From: the human T2T-CHM13v2.0 reference genome, Homo sapiens
Strand: one strand, 5' to 3'
Assembly (NCBI RefSeq): GCF_009914755.1
Contig: NC_060926.1
DNA: 64,000 bases
Part shown: piece after piece, positions 44,701 through 61,060 of the stretch
Layout of the letters: the number at the start of each line of letters is the position of its first letter
Numbering within the stretch: the first letter of the stretch is position 1
Position numbers and translations under genes: made by a program
Notes under the pieces: model-generated
Told to the model about the DNA's origin: nothing
The model's input: the letters and a program-made list of their open reading frames with translations, nothing else
Database searches by the model: none

Positions 44701-45561
44701 ACATTTCCTTTCTTATATTTTCACCAAAGTTAATTATTACCATCTTTTTTGATTGAGGTACAAGTTATACACCATAAAATGCACCCATCAGAAGTATACA
44801 ATTCAGTGAACTTTGGTAAATGTACAGAGTAATGCAACTATCATCATAATCTAGCTTTGAAACATTTCCATCATCCCAAAAAGCTCTCTTGTGCCTGTTT
44901 GCAGTCAATCTTCACTTCCACTCCCAGCCCCAGGCAACCACTCATCTGTTTTCTGTCTCTATAAATTTGCCTTTTCTGGAAACTTCATATAAATGGAGTC
45001 ATGCAATACATAGTCTTTTGCATCTGGTTTCTTTCACTTAGCATAATATTTTGAGATTCATTATGTCATAGCATGTATCTGTAGTCTGTATCTTTTTATT
45101 GATGAATTGTATTCTACTTTATAGATATACAACACTTTGTTAATCCTTTCACCAGTTGATGAATTGTTTCCACTTTTTGGCTACTAGAAATATTGCTGCT
45201 GTGAACATATATGTACAAGTTTTGTGTGGACTTATGATTTCATTTCCCTTGGGTAGATATCTAGGCATGGAATTTCTCAATTGCACAATGTCTCACTTTT
45301 TAAAAACTGCTAACCTTTTTCCAAAGTAGCTGTCTCATTCTACCATCCCAAAAGCAATGTATGAGAGTTCCAGTTACTCCCTGTCCTCACCTACACTTGA
45401 TGTCGTCAGTCTTTTTTTCAAGCCATTTAATGGGTACATTGCAGTATCTCATTTTAATTCACATTTTCCTAATCACTAATTATTTTGAGCATGTTTTTAT
45501 AGGCTTATTAGCCATTAGTATAATCTTTTTGGTGAAATATCTGTTCAAATCTGTTACCCAC

Positions 45562-46225
45562 TGTATTGGTTTTTTATTGCTGCCATAACAAATTAACACA
45601 AATTTGGTTGCTTCAACCAATACAAATTTATCATCTCACAGTTTCTGTAGGACAGAAGTCCAGGTGAGCTCAGCAGCATTTTCTGCCTAGGGTTTCATAA
45701 GACAAATTAAGGTCTCAGTGGAACTTACCAGAGGCTCTGGAAAAGAAACCTCTCTCAAGCTTGCTCAGGTTGTTGGCTGCATTTGGTTCCTTGTGCTTAT
45801 CTAGGACTAACATCTTCATTGCCTAGCTGGCTATCATCTAGGGACCAATCTTTGCTCCTAAAGGCTACCTGGATTTCTTCTTTTACTTTCTATGTGGCTA
45901 CCTCCAGCAACAAGGAGTTGTGTGCCTCTCACACTTTGAATCTCTCTCTGACTCTATTTTACCTTTTCTAGGTAAAGAAAAGATCATTTGTATCTTTCTA
46001 GCTAGCTCATCTCTTTCTACCTCATCTTTCTGTCTCTAGCTTCTAAAGGTTAGCATTATTAAATTGAGACCACCCAGATAACCTAGGATAGTATCCCAGT
46101 CTTAAAGTCTATAACTAACCTGAATTACATCAGCAAAAATTCCTTATGCTATGTTGCATAACATATTCAACAGAAGAATTAGGGCATGGACATTCCAGGC
46201 AAGGGGGTGAATTCTGCCTAAAACA
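45562..46225 (-). mobile_element. MaLR LTR (MLT1E/G-like)
   Basis: tgtattggttttttattgctgccataacaaattaacacaaa...atctcacagtttctgtaggacagaagtcc...gaattctgccta. Confidence 0.7.
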
Positions 46226-46228
46226 CCC

Positions 46229-46409
46229 TTTATTTTATTTTATTATTTTTATAAGATAGGGTCTTGCTCTGTTGCCTAGGCTGGAGTGCAGTGGTGTAAT
46301 CATAGCTCACTGAAGCTTCCAGCTCCTGGGATCAAGCGATCTTCCCATCTCAGACTGCCTTCCAAGTAGCTGCAACTACAGGTACATGTCACCACACTCG
46401 GCTAAGTTT

Positions 46410-46445
<36 letters not shown>

Positions 46446-46574
46446 TAATTTTTTTTAGAGATGGGGCTTTCACTTTGTTTCCCAGGCTAGTCTCAAACTC
46501 CTAGGTTTAAGTGATCTTCTTGCCTCAGCTTCCCAAAGTGCTGGGATTACAGGTGTGAGCCACTGCGCCCAGCC
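46229..46574 (-). mobile_element. AluJ with (GTT)n expansion in the central linker
   Basis: Dimer with AluJ diagnostics (atcatagctcactg); (GTT)~11 at 46412-46444. Confidence 0.9.
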
Positions 46575-46664
46575 TAAAACAACCATTTTTAAGAAAGTTG
46601 TCTTCTTATTAATGATTTGTAAAAGTTTCTTATATATTCTGGATATAAGTTCTTTAACAGTTCT

Positions 46665-46857
46665 ATCAGGGGCTCACACATTTTTTCTGTCAATTAACAG
46701 ATAATAAATATTTTATGTTTTGCAGGCTACAAAGGATCCCTTTTGCATATGCTTTTTTAAACACTTTAAAACTGTAAAAACCATTCTTAGCTTATGAGCC
46801 TTACCAAAACAGATCATAGGACAAATTTAGCCTTCAGGCCATAGCTTGCCAACCTCT
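46665..46857. mobile_element. MER58-like hAT MITE
   Basis: caggggctcacacattttttctgt...aaaaaccattcttagctt...ggccatagcttgccaacctct. Confidence 0.65.
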
Positions 46858-46935
46858 AAGATGTGTGCTTTGCAAATATTTTCTCCAAGTTTGTGGCTTA
46901 TCTTTTTTTATTTTCATACTGTTGCTTTTGGAAGA

Positions 46936-47447
46936 GTGTAGTGAACAGACTTGAAGATGGCTCTCATAACTCTGTCTCCTGGTATTGGTGATTTGGTATA
47001 ATTCCTCCCCTTGAGTGTGTTGAACCCTTTGTGATTGGCTTCTAACCAATGGGATGCAGCAAAGGTGGTTCCAGGAACATGATTACATAAAAGTGTAGCA
47101 CATATCTTGCCATTTTTCTATCTCCTCTTTGTCTCTCTCTTTCCATCCTCTTTTATTCTTGAATTTGCTATAATAATTCATGTCTTCCTGCCTTTGAAAA
47201 AGTGAGATGCCATGAGCCCTATGACCCCAGTACTGAATGTTGCCAACAATCCGGGAAATGGACCTTTCCTAGTCGAGTCTCATATGAGACCTGAGTCCTG
47301 GTGACACCTTCACTGCAGCCCTAAGCAGTGAATCCAATTGAGCTATGCCCTGATTCCTGACTCACAGAAATAATAGTAGAATAAGTATGTGTTGTTTTAA
47401 GCCACTAAATTTGTGTCAATTTGTTATACAGCCTGGAAAACTAACAA
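46936..47447 (+). mobile_element. MaLR LTR (MLT1F/G-like)
   Basis: tgtagtgaacagacttgaagatggc...cttctaaccaatgg...tgttgttttaagccactaaatttg...aaactaaca. Confidence 0.7.
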
Positions 47448-48199
47448 AAAGAGCACATATCTCTAATTTTATTAAGTCCATGTTATTGTCTTTTTTTCTT
47501 TTGGTATCACATCTTAAAAATCTTTGCCTAATCCAAAGTCACAAAGATTTCCTCCAGTGTTTTATTCTAGATATTTATAGTTTTAGTTCCTAAGTTTAGA
47601 TGTATTCGCTATTTTGAGTTAATTTATATGTATGGTTTGAGATAAGAGTCTAAGTTCACTTTTTTTGAATAGGTGGACACCTAGTTGTCCTAGAGTCAGT
47701 TATTTGTTGAAAACAGTCTCCTTTCCCCCATTGAACTGCCTTGGCACATTCGCTGAACATTAAGTGACCATAAAGGGAAAGTTTTATTTCTCAACTCTCA
47801 ATTTTGTCTCATTGATTCATATGTCTATCCTTACCCAAATACTCCATCATATTGATTACTATGGATTAACAGTAAGTTTTATAAATGGGTATTCTGAGTC
47901 ATCCAAATTTGTTTTTCTTTTTCAAAACTGTATTGACTAGTCTTAGTTCTTTGTGTTTCCATATAATTTTAGGAGCAGCTTGTCAATTTCTACAAAAAAA
48001 AAAAGTAAAAGCCTGATGGGATTTTTGAGAGAAAATGTGTTGAATCTACAGAGAATTATCATCTTAACAATATTGAGCCTCTCAGTCTTAGAACATAATA
48101 TGTCTCCATTTATTTCAGTCTTACTATTTCTCAGCAGCAATGGTTTGTGGTTTTCTGTGAATAAGTCTCGAACTTTTGTTACATTTATTTCTCAGTATT

Positions 48200-48505
48200 T
48201 TATTTTATTTTATGTTACTTTATTTATTTATTTTGAGACAGAGTCTTACCCTGTCACCTAGGCTACAGTCCAGTGGCACCATCTCAACCTCCACCTCACA
48301 GATTCAAGAGTGTCTCCTGCCTCAGCCTCCTGAGTAGATGGGACTACAGACGCTTGCCACCACACTCAGCTAATTTTTGTATTTTTAGTAGAGATGGGGT
48401 TTTGCCATGTTGGCCAGGCTGGTCTCAAACTCCTGACCTCAAGCGATCCACCTGCCTCGGCCTCCCAAAGTGCAGGGATTACAGGCATTAGCCACTGGGC
48501 CCAGC
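48200..48505 (-). mobile_element. AluS (Sx/Sz-like)
   Basis: Alu dimer with a (TTTA)n tail. Confidence 0.9.
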
Positions 48506-49548
48506 TGAGTATTTTATTCTTTCTGATGCTGTTAGGAATGGAATTTCATTTTCCAATTGTTCATTACTAGAATAAAGAAAAAAACATTTATTTTTGCACA
48601 CTTATCTTATATCTTGTGACCTTGTTGAACTTCCTTTTTAGTTCTAGTTTTTTGGTTTGTATTTTAGATTTCCTAGGAGTTTCCATGTTCAAGATTACGT
48701 TGTCTTCAAAAAAAAGTTTTAGTTCTTCCTTTTCAATCTATATGCCTTTAATTTCTTTGCCTTATCTGATTGCGGTGGTCAGAGTCTCTAGTATAATATT
48801 AAGCAAAATGGGTAAGAATAGATGTCTTTACCTTATTCTTGATTTTAGGAACAAAGCACTATTTTTTAGCAATTTATGATGTTAAGTATAGGCCTCTGTA
48901 AATGTCCTTTAGCACTCTGAGAAAGTTCTCTGCTATTCCCAATTTGTGGAGAGTTTTTATTTATGGGTGCAGGATATTTTTTTCAATTGATTTTTCTGTT
49001 TCCTGAGATGACCATGCATTTTGTATACCTTGCCTTATTAATATGGTGTATTACATTGATTTATATACAGATGTTAAGACAACCTTGCATTTCTAGGATA
49101 AATCCCACTTGGTCATGGTACATCTTTTTATGTTGCTGGATTTTGTTTGCTAATTTTTCAAACAAAAATTGCATTTGTTTTCAACAAAGGTTTCATCTGC
49201 AGTTTTGTTTTCATGAGATATCTTCATGAGCCTTTCCTCTCAGGATAATACTGGTTTCATGGAATGTGAAATGCCAACTATCTTCTATTTTCTGGTAGAA
49301 TTTGTGAAGGGTTGCTATTATTTCTTACTTAATGTTTGTTAGAATGTCTGTTAGAATTCACTTGTGAAGATATCTGGGCCTGCGGTTTTTTTTAGTGAAT
49401 TTTTAATTACTAATTTAATTTATTTTTTGTTGGTCTATTTCAGTTTTCTATTTCTTTTAGAGTCAGTTTCAGTAGTTTGTGCTAGGAAAATGTCTGCTTC
49501 CCTTAAAATGTCTAATTTGCTGACATAAAATTGTTGACAATATTTTCT

Positions 49549-50916
49549 TTTTTTAAATTATACTTTAAGTTTTAGGGTACAGGTGCACAATGTGCAGGTT
49601 TGTTACATATGTATACATGTACCATGTTGGTGTGCTTCACCCATTAACTCGTCATTTAACATTAGGTATATCTCCTAATGCTATCCCTCCCCACTCCCCC
49701 GACCCCACAAAAGGCCCCAGTGTGTGATGTTCCCCTTCCTGTGTCCATGTGTTCTCACTGTTCAATTCCCACCTATGAGTGAGAACATGCAGTGTTTGGT
49801 TTTTTGTCCTTGTGATAGTTTGCTGAAAATGATGGCTTCCAGCTTCATCCATGTCCCTACAAAGGACATGAACTCATCATTTTTTACGGTTGCATAGTAT
49901 TCCATGGTGCATATGTGCCACATTTTCTTAATCCAGTCTATCATTGTTGGACATTTGGGTTGGTTCCAAATCTGCTATTGTGAATAGTGCTGCAATAAAC
50001 ATACGTGTGCATGTGTCTTCATAGCAGCATGTTTTATAATCATTTGGGATTATAAATCATTTGGGATATAATCATTTGGGATTATAAATCAAATGATTAT
50101 AATCATTTGACCCAGTAATGGGATGGCTGGGTCAAATGGTATTTCTAGTTCTAGATCCCTGACGAATCGCCACACTGACTTCCACAATGGTTGAAATAGT
50201 TTACAGTCCCACCAATAGTGTAAATGTGTTCCTATTTTTCCACATCCTCTCCAGCACCTGTTGTTTCCTTACTTTTTAATGATCGCCATTCTAACTGGTG
50301 TGAGATGGTATCTCACTGTGGTTTTGATTTGCATTTCTCTGATGGCCAGTGATGATGAGCATTTTTTCATGTGTCTTTTGGCTGCATAAATGTCTTCTTT
50401 GAGAAGTGTCTGTTCATATCCTTCGCCCACTTTTTGATGGGGTTGTTTTTTTTTTTCTTGTAAATTTGTTTGAGTTCATTGCAGATTCTGGATATTAGCA
50501 CTAAACATGGAAAGGAACAACCAGTACCAGCCACTGCAAAAACATGCCAAACTGTAAAGACCATCAAGGCTAGGAAGAAACTGCATCAACTAATGAGCAA
50601 AAGAACCAGCTAACATCATAATGACAGGATCAAATTCACACATAACAATATTAACCTTAAATGTAAATGGGCCAAATGCTCCAATTAAAAGACACAGACT
50701 GGCAAATTGGATAAAGAGTCAAGACCCATCAGTGTGCTGTATTCAGGAAACCCATCTCACGTGCAGAGACACACATAGGCTCAAAATAAAGGGATGGAGG
50801 AAGAGCTACCAAGCAAATGGAAAACAAAAAAAGGCAGGGGTTGCAATCCTAGTCTCTGATAAAACAGACTTTAAACTAACAAAGATCAAAAGAGACAAAG
50901 AAGGCCATTACATAAC
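49549..50916 (-). mobile_element. 5'-inverted (twin-primed) L1PA: 3' part 49549-50499 on minus, inverted ORF1-end/ORF2-start 50497-50916 on plus
   Basis: Strand switch at gatattAGCactaaac; 14-bp TSD tga(c/t)aatattttct at 49535-49548 and 50917-50930. Confidence 0.92.
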
Positions 50917-50930
50917 TGATAATATTTTCT

Positions 50931-51720
50931 GACAATTATTTTAATTTTTGAGGGGTGGTAGTGATGTGCTTTTATTCTTGAATTTGCTACAATAATTAGT
51001 GTCTTCTCTTGCTTTTTCTCCATCAGACTAAATTGGGGATCAACAGAGTATGTATAGCTTAGTGGTCAGCCCAAGACTAGCCAGATGTTGTGCTCCAGCA
51101 CCTTGAGCCAGTAGGGCTTATACCCCATTGATGGATCTGTTTGTGCAATGGGAGCACATCCACATATCAGACTTTTACTTCCTGCAGTGTCCTTACAGGT
51201 CTTCTCTGTACATATGCATGGCCTTCCAGTCTGCCAGTGATGTGTTGTGAAGACCTCAGCTAGCTCTTCTACGGTGCTCTCGGTTCTGTTGCTCACCCCA
51301 CCAAGGATAACAACTTCAGGCTTGTATTGTAGTATTATGGCTTTCATTATTCTTTTCCTATTTGGATACGGGAGTTTTTTGCTCTGCACTCCAAATCAAG
51401 TCAGCCTCTGCAGCAGCAAAGCTGCTCTTAATAGTTTTATGACTAGCCCCACCAGACAGAACCGTCATGCCAAATGACTGAAGGATTGGATGGAAATCGC
51501 CCTAGACAAGAATGGCACAGACTTCCATCGTGCTTAACTGAAGTTCAGTGATTTTTTTTAATTAATAAATTCTCAATTTGTTGTTTGTATTTGTTTAATT
51601 TCCAGAGCCCTGAAATATGTGTGGTTTGTCTGTTTATACTTAAATGTGTCCAGTTTCATACTTATTTTAGTGGGAGAATATTTGCCAGCCTCTTCACTTT
51701 GCCATAATCGGGAATCCCTA
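50931..51720 (-). mobile_element. Continuation of old L1M, probably including an L1MC-type 5' region
   Basis: L1M antisense motif tttattcttgaatttg...gtgtcttctct, then GC-richer 5'-like sequence. Confidence 0.4.
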
Positions 51721-53747
51721 TCTAGGCCACCTGGCATCTCTGATTCCTGCCTGTTTTCATTTATTTCATTTTTACTTATATTTATTGCTAATTTTCACAC
51801 ACTTGCCAGTTGTCAGAATAATATTTCATCAGACATAAGTTCTCTGTTTTCGTGTTTTATTTTTGAAGACTTCCCTTCTGAGAACTTTTATTCTGCTTTT
51901 ATCTGGAGTAGAAATAAATTGCACCAGTAATGTCTTGCACCATCACCTCCTAATTGTTGTAGGAATTCCCTTTGCTTATCTCCTAATTTAGATTATACAT
52001 CTCATGAATTTCAAGATTTTCTGCTTTTTTGGTGTTTTCCATCATTTTGGTGGAACCTGGTCTCCAGTAGCACTTTTTTTTTCCTTCTCATGTTAAAGAT
52101 CGTACAACTGCAAAGAGAATGGTGCCAGCAATCCTCGACATGCCTGCTTCTTGTCACACTGCTGTGATTTATACTTCTCTCAGACTATAGTTTTGCAGAT
52201 AAGATTTTTTTGTTTTGTTTTGCTAAGTGGAGAACACAATTTGAGATAAATAGGCTAATTGCTAAGAAAAAATAGAGTAAAGAAAGAGAAGAAAAAGACA
52301 CAGAAATAGTCTTTCTTTGACAAGGGGTTTAAAGTTAGTTTCATTTTAGGGGGTAGGACAGATTGCTGATTCCTGCCTCAAGACGGTTTCAAGACTAACG
52401 TAAAGGCATTCAAGGAAATGCATCACATTGTTATGTGTTATGAAACACAAGGATTGTAAAGTTGACCTTACAGCTGTACATCCTAACAATACATTAGCAC
52501 AAATCTGTGAAAAAGGAGATTAATTGTGCAAACACTAGATAATTTTAGCATAGTTGAATTAGTTTCTAACACACAATCCTTATCTAAAAGCATCTTCCAA
52601 ATTTGCCTATCTCAAATCCAAACAAAAAGAAGACCCTCACAGCTATGGGGACCATGGTAAAACCAAGTACCCTGGAAATGATGGAACTGGTTTTGTCTTG
52701 GAGAAGAGGGGAAAAAGTAAGGTGACACCTCTGACAAATGATTTTATCCAGTCCAGAATTGTTGGTCTTCTTATGTTTTGAAGTAGGATACAGAGGAATT
52801 GACAATTATTCCCTTTATCTTCAGGATGTAATTTGATCCTAATATTCCTCTGTGCTTCCAGATTCCTGGTTTTTATCCAGTATATTCACACTGATGACAT
52901 CCAAGAAAAATTCCTAGTTTATGAACACTTTTTGAAAATTCTAAAGGCTGCCAGGACATTTGAAATGGTAAAACGTTTATTTGTTGAGTAAAAATTCAAT
53001 TGAACAAAACATCTTGGTACCTAAGGTGCAGAAGGAGTGCCTGAAATGATGAACTACTTGTTTAATTTTGCTTCATGGCTGAAGATGAAAGCTGTACACA
53101 CAGTACTGAGCCTTATTATGTTCTCTACTGGACTACACTGACATTAAGGGGCCGTCTGCATCCTACATGAATACTGTCTCCTGCAATTGAAGTCATTTTA
53201 TCAAAATCAGGGACAAATGTATCACCTTTTCAAGAAGTTTTGCCAAGAATGAAAGGCAGAATATTAAATTCTTAACTGCACAAAAGTGCATTAGATTTCA
53301 GAAAAGTCATAAAATGCTTTTTTGAAAAATAGATTTTGTTGTTGTTGTTGTTGTTGATGGATTGCTTGTTTGCTTCTATGTACATCTAAAAGCAAAAAAA
53401 AAAAACAGTCTCAGAATCATTTTAAAGAAAGCTATCTTTTGGCCTTGGTCACTTGGAAGATAATCGGATGTATATAAATGAAATAAATGCTTTCTTTTAA
53501 GACAAAAGTCACTGTGTTGTTGCTACCAAGCCTTAGCCAACCTGAAAACTCAACAGGACCCATGACCCCCAAATAGTTACAAAGTTTTATGCCAAGCCAC
53601 GCAACAAGATGGACAATGAACGGGCCAAGGCCTGCCTGGCCTTCATGTCTGAGTCAATTTTTCTCCTCTTATTCAACCTTATGATACTATGTACTTCTCC
53701 TTATAACACTTTACATAATTGTAATTTGGAAAGACATATTTAATAGT

Positions 53748-55347
<1,600 letters not shown>

Positions 55348-55695
55348 AATTTGAATTATTTATTTGCCAACCATGCTATCTCATGGCCTACAATAGTGTC
55401 TCACTTACAAAATCCAATCAGAAATGCTTGCTAAATGGACAATTAAAGTTTTACATACTTTCACATATTAACTAAGAAATAACTCTGAATAAAAGAAACT
55501 GAAAGAACTAAAAGTGGGACTGTATCTTCCAAATCCCTGAAACAAATACAACTGAAAAATGTATAGTTCATCTAGTAAAAGGCAGATTAATGAAGAACAA
55601 GAAGAATAAACTTAGAAAAATAAAACAAAATCTCAAAAGTAGATTTAAAAGATTACTTGTGATAATTAACATATACGGATTAAAATTTCTTATTG

Positions 55696-55806
55696 CTGCA
55701 TGCAGTGACACACACCTATAATCCCAGTTACTTGGGAGGCTGAGGGAGGATCTCTGTTCCAGACCAGCTTGGACAACACAGCAAGACCCCATTCCAAAAA
55801 AAAAAA
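55696..55806 (+). mobile_element. Alu monomer (FLAM-like)
   Basis: cacctataatcccagttacttgggaggctgag...agaccagcttggacaacacagcaagacccc plus A tail. Confidence 0.75.
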
Positions 55807-56645
55807 TCCCTATTAAGAAAAACAAAATGTTTAGATTCAGCTTTATAAAAATCCAAATAACTGCTGCTTACATGAAAAATACTGAAAATAAAGTAAGCAA
55901 AAACCTTAAGAAAATGAGATAGTCAACAATATTTTCAAAAAACGTTTTTTTAAAGATTTAAAAAGTAGAAGAGTGATATTACTATTGACAAGAAAACACC
56001 CATGGAGGAATAAAAGCATATATGAGTTAAAGAAGATGAATTTACAAGATTAAAAGGAGAGATAAGAATTATAAAATTTTGTCAGGTTACAATAATATAA
56101 AAAGTTCATATTAATAGAAATAGAAGAAATGGACAGAAATAGGCTGTATTGGGATTCTTCATAAACCACTATAAGCCTATGAAACATCAAGTGTCAAGTA
56201 TTTAATTGATAACAAATTCATTTAGAAAGCTAAGTTATATAACATATTTTTATCTATGACAAACATATATAGTCTTTTTTTACAACATCCTTGAAAAATA
56301 TTATTCCATCACTTTCTAGAAACAAAACCTCAGTAAATTTAGAAAATGAAAATTGTACTGGTTTTCTCTAATCATAACATAAAACGAAATACAAAATAAC
56401 CAAGTTAATAGTAAAAATTCAGACAAATATTCATAACCCTTTACTAACTAATTTCTTCTAAATAACTGATGACTAAACAAGAAATCAAATGCAAAATGAG
56501 AGACTAACAGAGAATAATGAAAAGGAAAATAACATATACAAAAAGGTAAGGAATTCAACCTTCAGCCATATTTGAAAATAAATGGATAGACTCAAAAGCT
56601 TGCATCAATTTTTTAAAATAATAAAATATATAGAGAAATTAGATT

Positions 56646-57400
<755 letters not shown>

Positions 57401-57651
57401 TTGCTAATTCTTTTAAGATATTAGGAAGAAATAACTATAGTAGTATTTAAGGTAGGCAGGAGGTAGAAAGTAATGATCTTATATTTATAATACAGTAAAT
57501 TAGAAAATAGAGAAAACTGACAGATAAAGCAATAGTCTAATTGAGAAAAATATAATGTAATTATAATTCTTTAATAATTTTAATAGAAAGAGATTGTGAC
57601 AACTATGGAGGTGATTTTTATGACAAAGAAGACATTGAAAATCTAGCTCAA

Positions 57652-57996
<345 letters not shown>

Positions 57997-58596
57997 TTAT
58001 CACAAAACAAATTCATCAAGTGACTACAGAATCAGATAATAGGTACCTGGATTTATATTATGGATAAATTACTTAAATCATCTGAGAAATCAATAATTTC
58101 CACACAACATAAACTATTCTACAAAGTAACAAAAGATGGAAGGCTTCCTAGTGAAACAAATAAATAAAAAATCAGTCTAGGGAATAAGAGCCTTAGAATA
58201 TCCTAGATCAGTGGCCTTAGATGAGCTCTCTCAAATTCAGTATTCTCATCTAAACAAGAATAACAATTAAGGCATAGATTTCATAAAATTGCTGTGAAAC
58301 TTAAATGGGATAATGCATGTAAACCTCAGCTTAGTAGATTCCCAGGGACACACTGCACACTTAATAGCTATTTTTTGGTAGAGCTAGAATAACCCTGATA
58401 TAAAACTTGTTAAATATAACTCTGAAGTCAACTACATATCAATTTAATTAATGAAAAGCAATGTAAAATCTAAACAAAATATATGCAATAAAATTTAATA
58501 CACCATAAGAAAATAATCATACATAAATACAATGATAATCTATTATTAGGACATGTGCCAATGCAATGAGTCCAGCTACATCAATACACGAAATAA

Positions 58597-58944
<348 letters not shown>

Positions 58945-58995
58945 CTTGATATCCTTTTATTAGTGAGAAAGGAAAGTAAGATATCTCCTTCATAT

Positions 58996-59474
58996 TGTCA
59001 AAGGAAAAACAGAGCTGGATCGTAGTTAAAGCAATAAAAACAGATCTTATTCAGGACTATTATAATGCAGGAAATGAGACTTCAATATAGAACTGGGCTT
59101 AATTCTAAATATAGAATGGGCAAGTGGGAGTCTATAGCCAAGGAGCAGAGCGTGGGTCGTCAGCGGATGGAAAGCTAGTAAGAGAATACATCAGGGGTAA
59201 GAGGGGATTCTGGCTGAACAAACCTAACAGAATTCTTGTCAAGGCAGGCCAAGGTATTCAGATATCACCAGGGGGATGGTGGAGGATGAGGAAGGAACTC
59301 CATTAGATATTGAAGGTGATCAGATATTGATGGTGGGGGATTTTAGTTAAACTAACTTGGCGGGATTCTTGCTAAAACTGTACAATGCAGAGACATGAAA
59401 GTCCAAAAATTGAGGCCTAGTTGAAAAAGAGTTCATGGGGGCCTAAGCAGAGTTTGGTCAAGAGAGAATCTTCA
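58996..59474 (-). mobile_element. ERV1 solo LTR (MER31-like)
   Basis: Minus strand begins tgaagattctctcttgaccaaactctg...caactaggcctc and ends tttgaca. Confidence 0.65.
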
Positions 59475-59930
59475 TCTATATAAGAAGCCAACATCTTAAT
59501 GATGAGACACTAGAAACACTGCCACTGAAATTACAAAGAACACATAAATGTCTACCATGTCCAGTTTTGTTTTCGGTAGAAATGTATCTAGTTTAAGAAA
59601 TTGAAAAGCAAAAATAATCTACATTTTCAAGTCATTATTAAAGGTAAAAGTGGCTACGTGTCACAGTTCTAGCCAAAACCCTGTGAGCAGAAATCTCCAG
59701 ATGGAGGCTGAAGAAGGGGAAGGGGAGGGGAGTTTAGGGGAGACTGTTCCTCTTCTTCTTGAAAGAAACATGAAATTGCAGGAGCCTTGCAAGGCCATGA
59801 GGCCTAAAGCCACACTTGCAGGATTATGGAGGAGAAAAAAACAAGGAGATGAGGTTCCCAAAGTATCACACAACCACCACACCCAGGCCTGAGTGGCCTA
59901 ACTCTAGACAGTCAGTTTTTTGTATCCATT

Positions 59931-60248
59931 TGTAATAGTCCATTTTCATGCTGCTAATAAAGACGTCCCTGAGACTGGGTAATTTATAAAGAAAATGGCG
60001 TTTAGTGGACTCACAGTTCCACATAGCTGGGGAGGCCTCACAATCATGGTGGAAGGCAAAGGAGGAGAAAAGTCATGTTTTACATGGCAGCAGGCAAGAG
60101 AGCATGTGCAGGGGAACTCCCCTTTATAAAACCATCAGATCTCGTGAGACTTAATCACTATTATGAAAACAGCGAGGGAAAGACCTGCCCCCATGATTCA
60201 ATTCCCTCCCACTGGGTCTCTCCCATGACACACAGCCAAACCATATCA
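59931..60248 (-). mobile_element. THE1C-like solo LTR with short internal deletion
   Basis: TG...CA termini; 5-bp TSD ccatt at 59926-59930 and 60249-60253. Confidence 0.9.
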
Positions 60249-60294
60249 CCATTGATATTTTTCAATCTTTTATTTGTTGAAACCAGTAATTCTG

Positions 60295-60475
60295 AAGGTA
60301 GTCCTCAAACCAGCAGCATTGGTATCATCTGGGAACTTGTTAGAAATCCAGATTCTTTGGCCCCATTCCAGACCTACTGAACCAAAAACTCTGGAGAAGC
60401 AGTCCAGCAAATCTGGGTTTTAACAAGTCCTCCAGGATATTCTGATGCTTATTTAAAAGTCTGAGAGCCTCTGGT
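60295..60475. mobile_element. MER5A hAT MITE
   Basis: ccagcagcat...tgggaacttgttagaaat...ccagacctactgaa...ttttaacaagtcctccagg. Confidence 0.85.
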
Positions 60476-61060
60476 TTAAGCCACTGTTTTTCAAGTGTCT
60501 CTCTCACTAAAAATGTATTTTACTGATAAGCATGCTAATAAAATTTGGCAGACTTTCAGAAAATAAATTAAGCCAGGTCTTCCCTTCATACAAAAAATTG
60601 AACTTCAGATGGATTCACAATTACACATATATATGCATACATATATGTATATACATATGTATATAAATGTGAATGTATGTACATGTACATAAAATACACA
60701 CACCTTTACACATGTGCCCAGAACAATAAATCATCTGGCAGCCTCACATAAGATGGGCCTCCTTTAATGAGAGAATTCAGGAACCACCTCCATCCTTCAT
60801 CTCATTCTTTCTATGGCTGTCTAGTTTCCCATCCTGACTTACTCTCTGTCCCTTTTCAAGTGTGTGCCTCCAATTTAAGTCACCATTCACTCTTATTTTC
60901 CAGTCTTCAAGCTTTACCTCTCTGGCTTTAATCACTACTGATGTGGCATCTCCATGGACTTAAAATATCACAATGGCCAAGCCCACTACCCCACATGATT
61001 ACATACTACCCTTAGGGGCAGTACTGACATCAGACAAGGTTAGATCCATAGGTTGCAATG

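Larger units (their letters stand above)
44745..49548 (-). mobile_element. Old L1MB/MC element (3'UTR plus ORF2), interrupted by MaLR, Alu and MER insertions
   Basis: L1M 3' motifs (ccccaggcaaccactcatctgttttctgtctctat) and ORF2 remnant ORF 47943-48140 (ERLNIVKMIIL.RFN). Confidence 0.8.

Noticed and set aside
50367-50567. Chimeric ORF (MMVFTVWH...[10 protein letters not shown])
   Set aside because: Chance read-through across the L1 inversion junction
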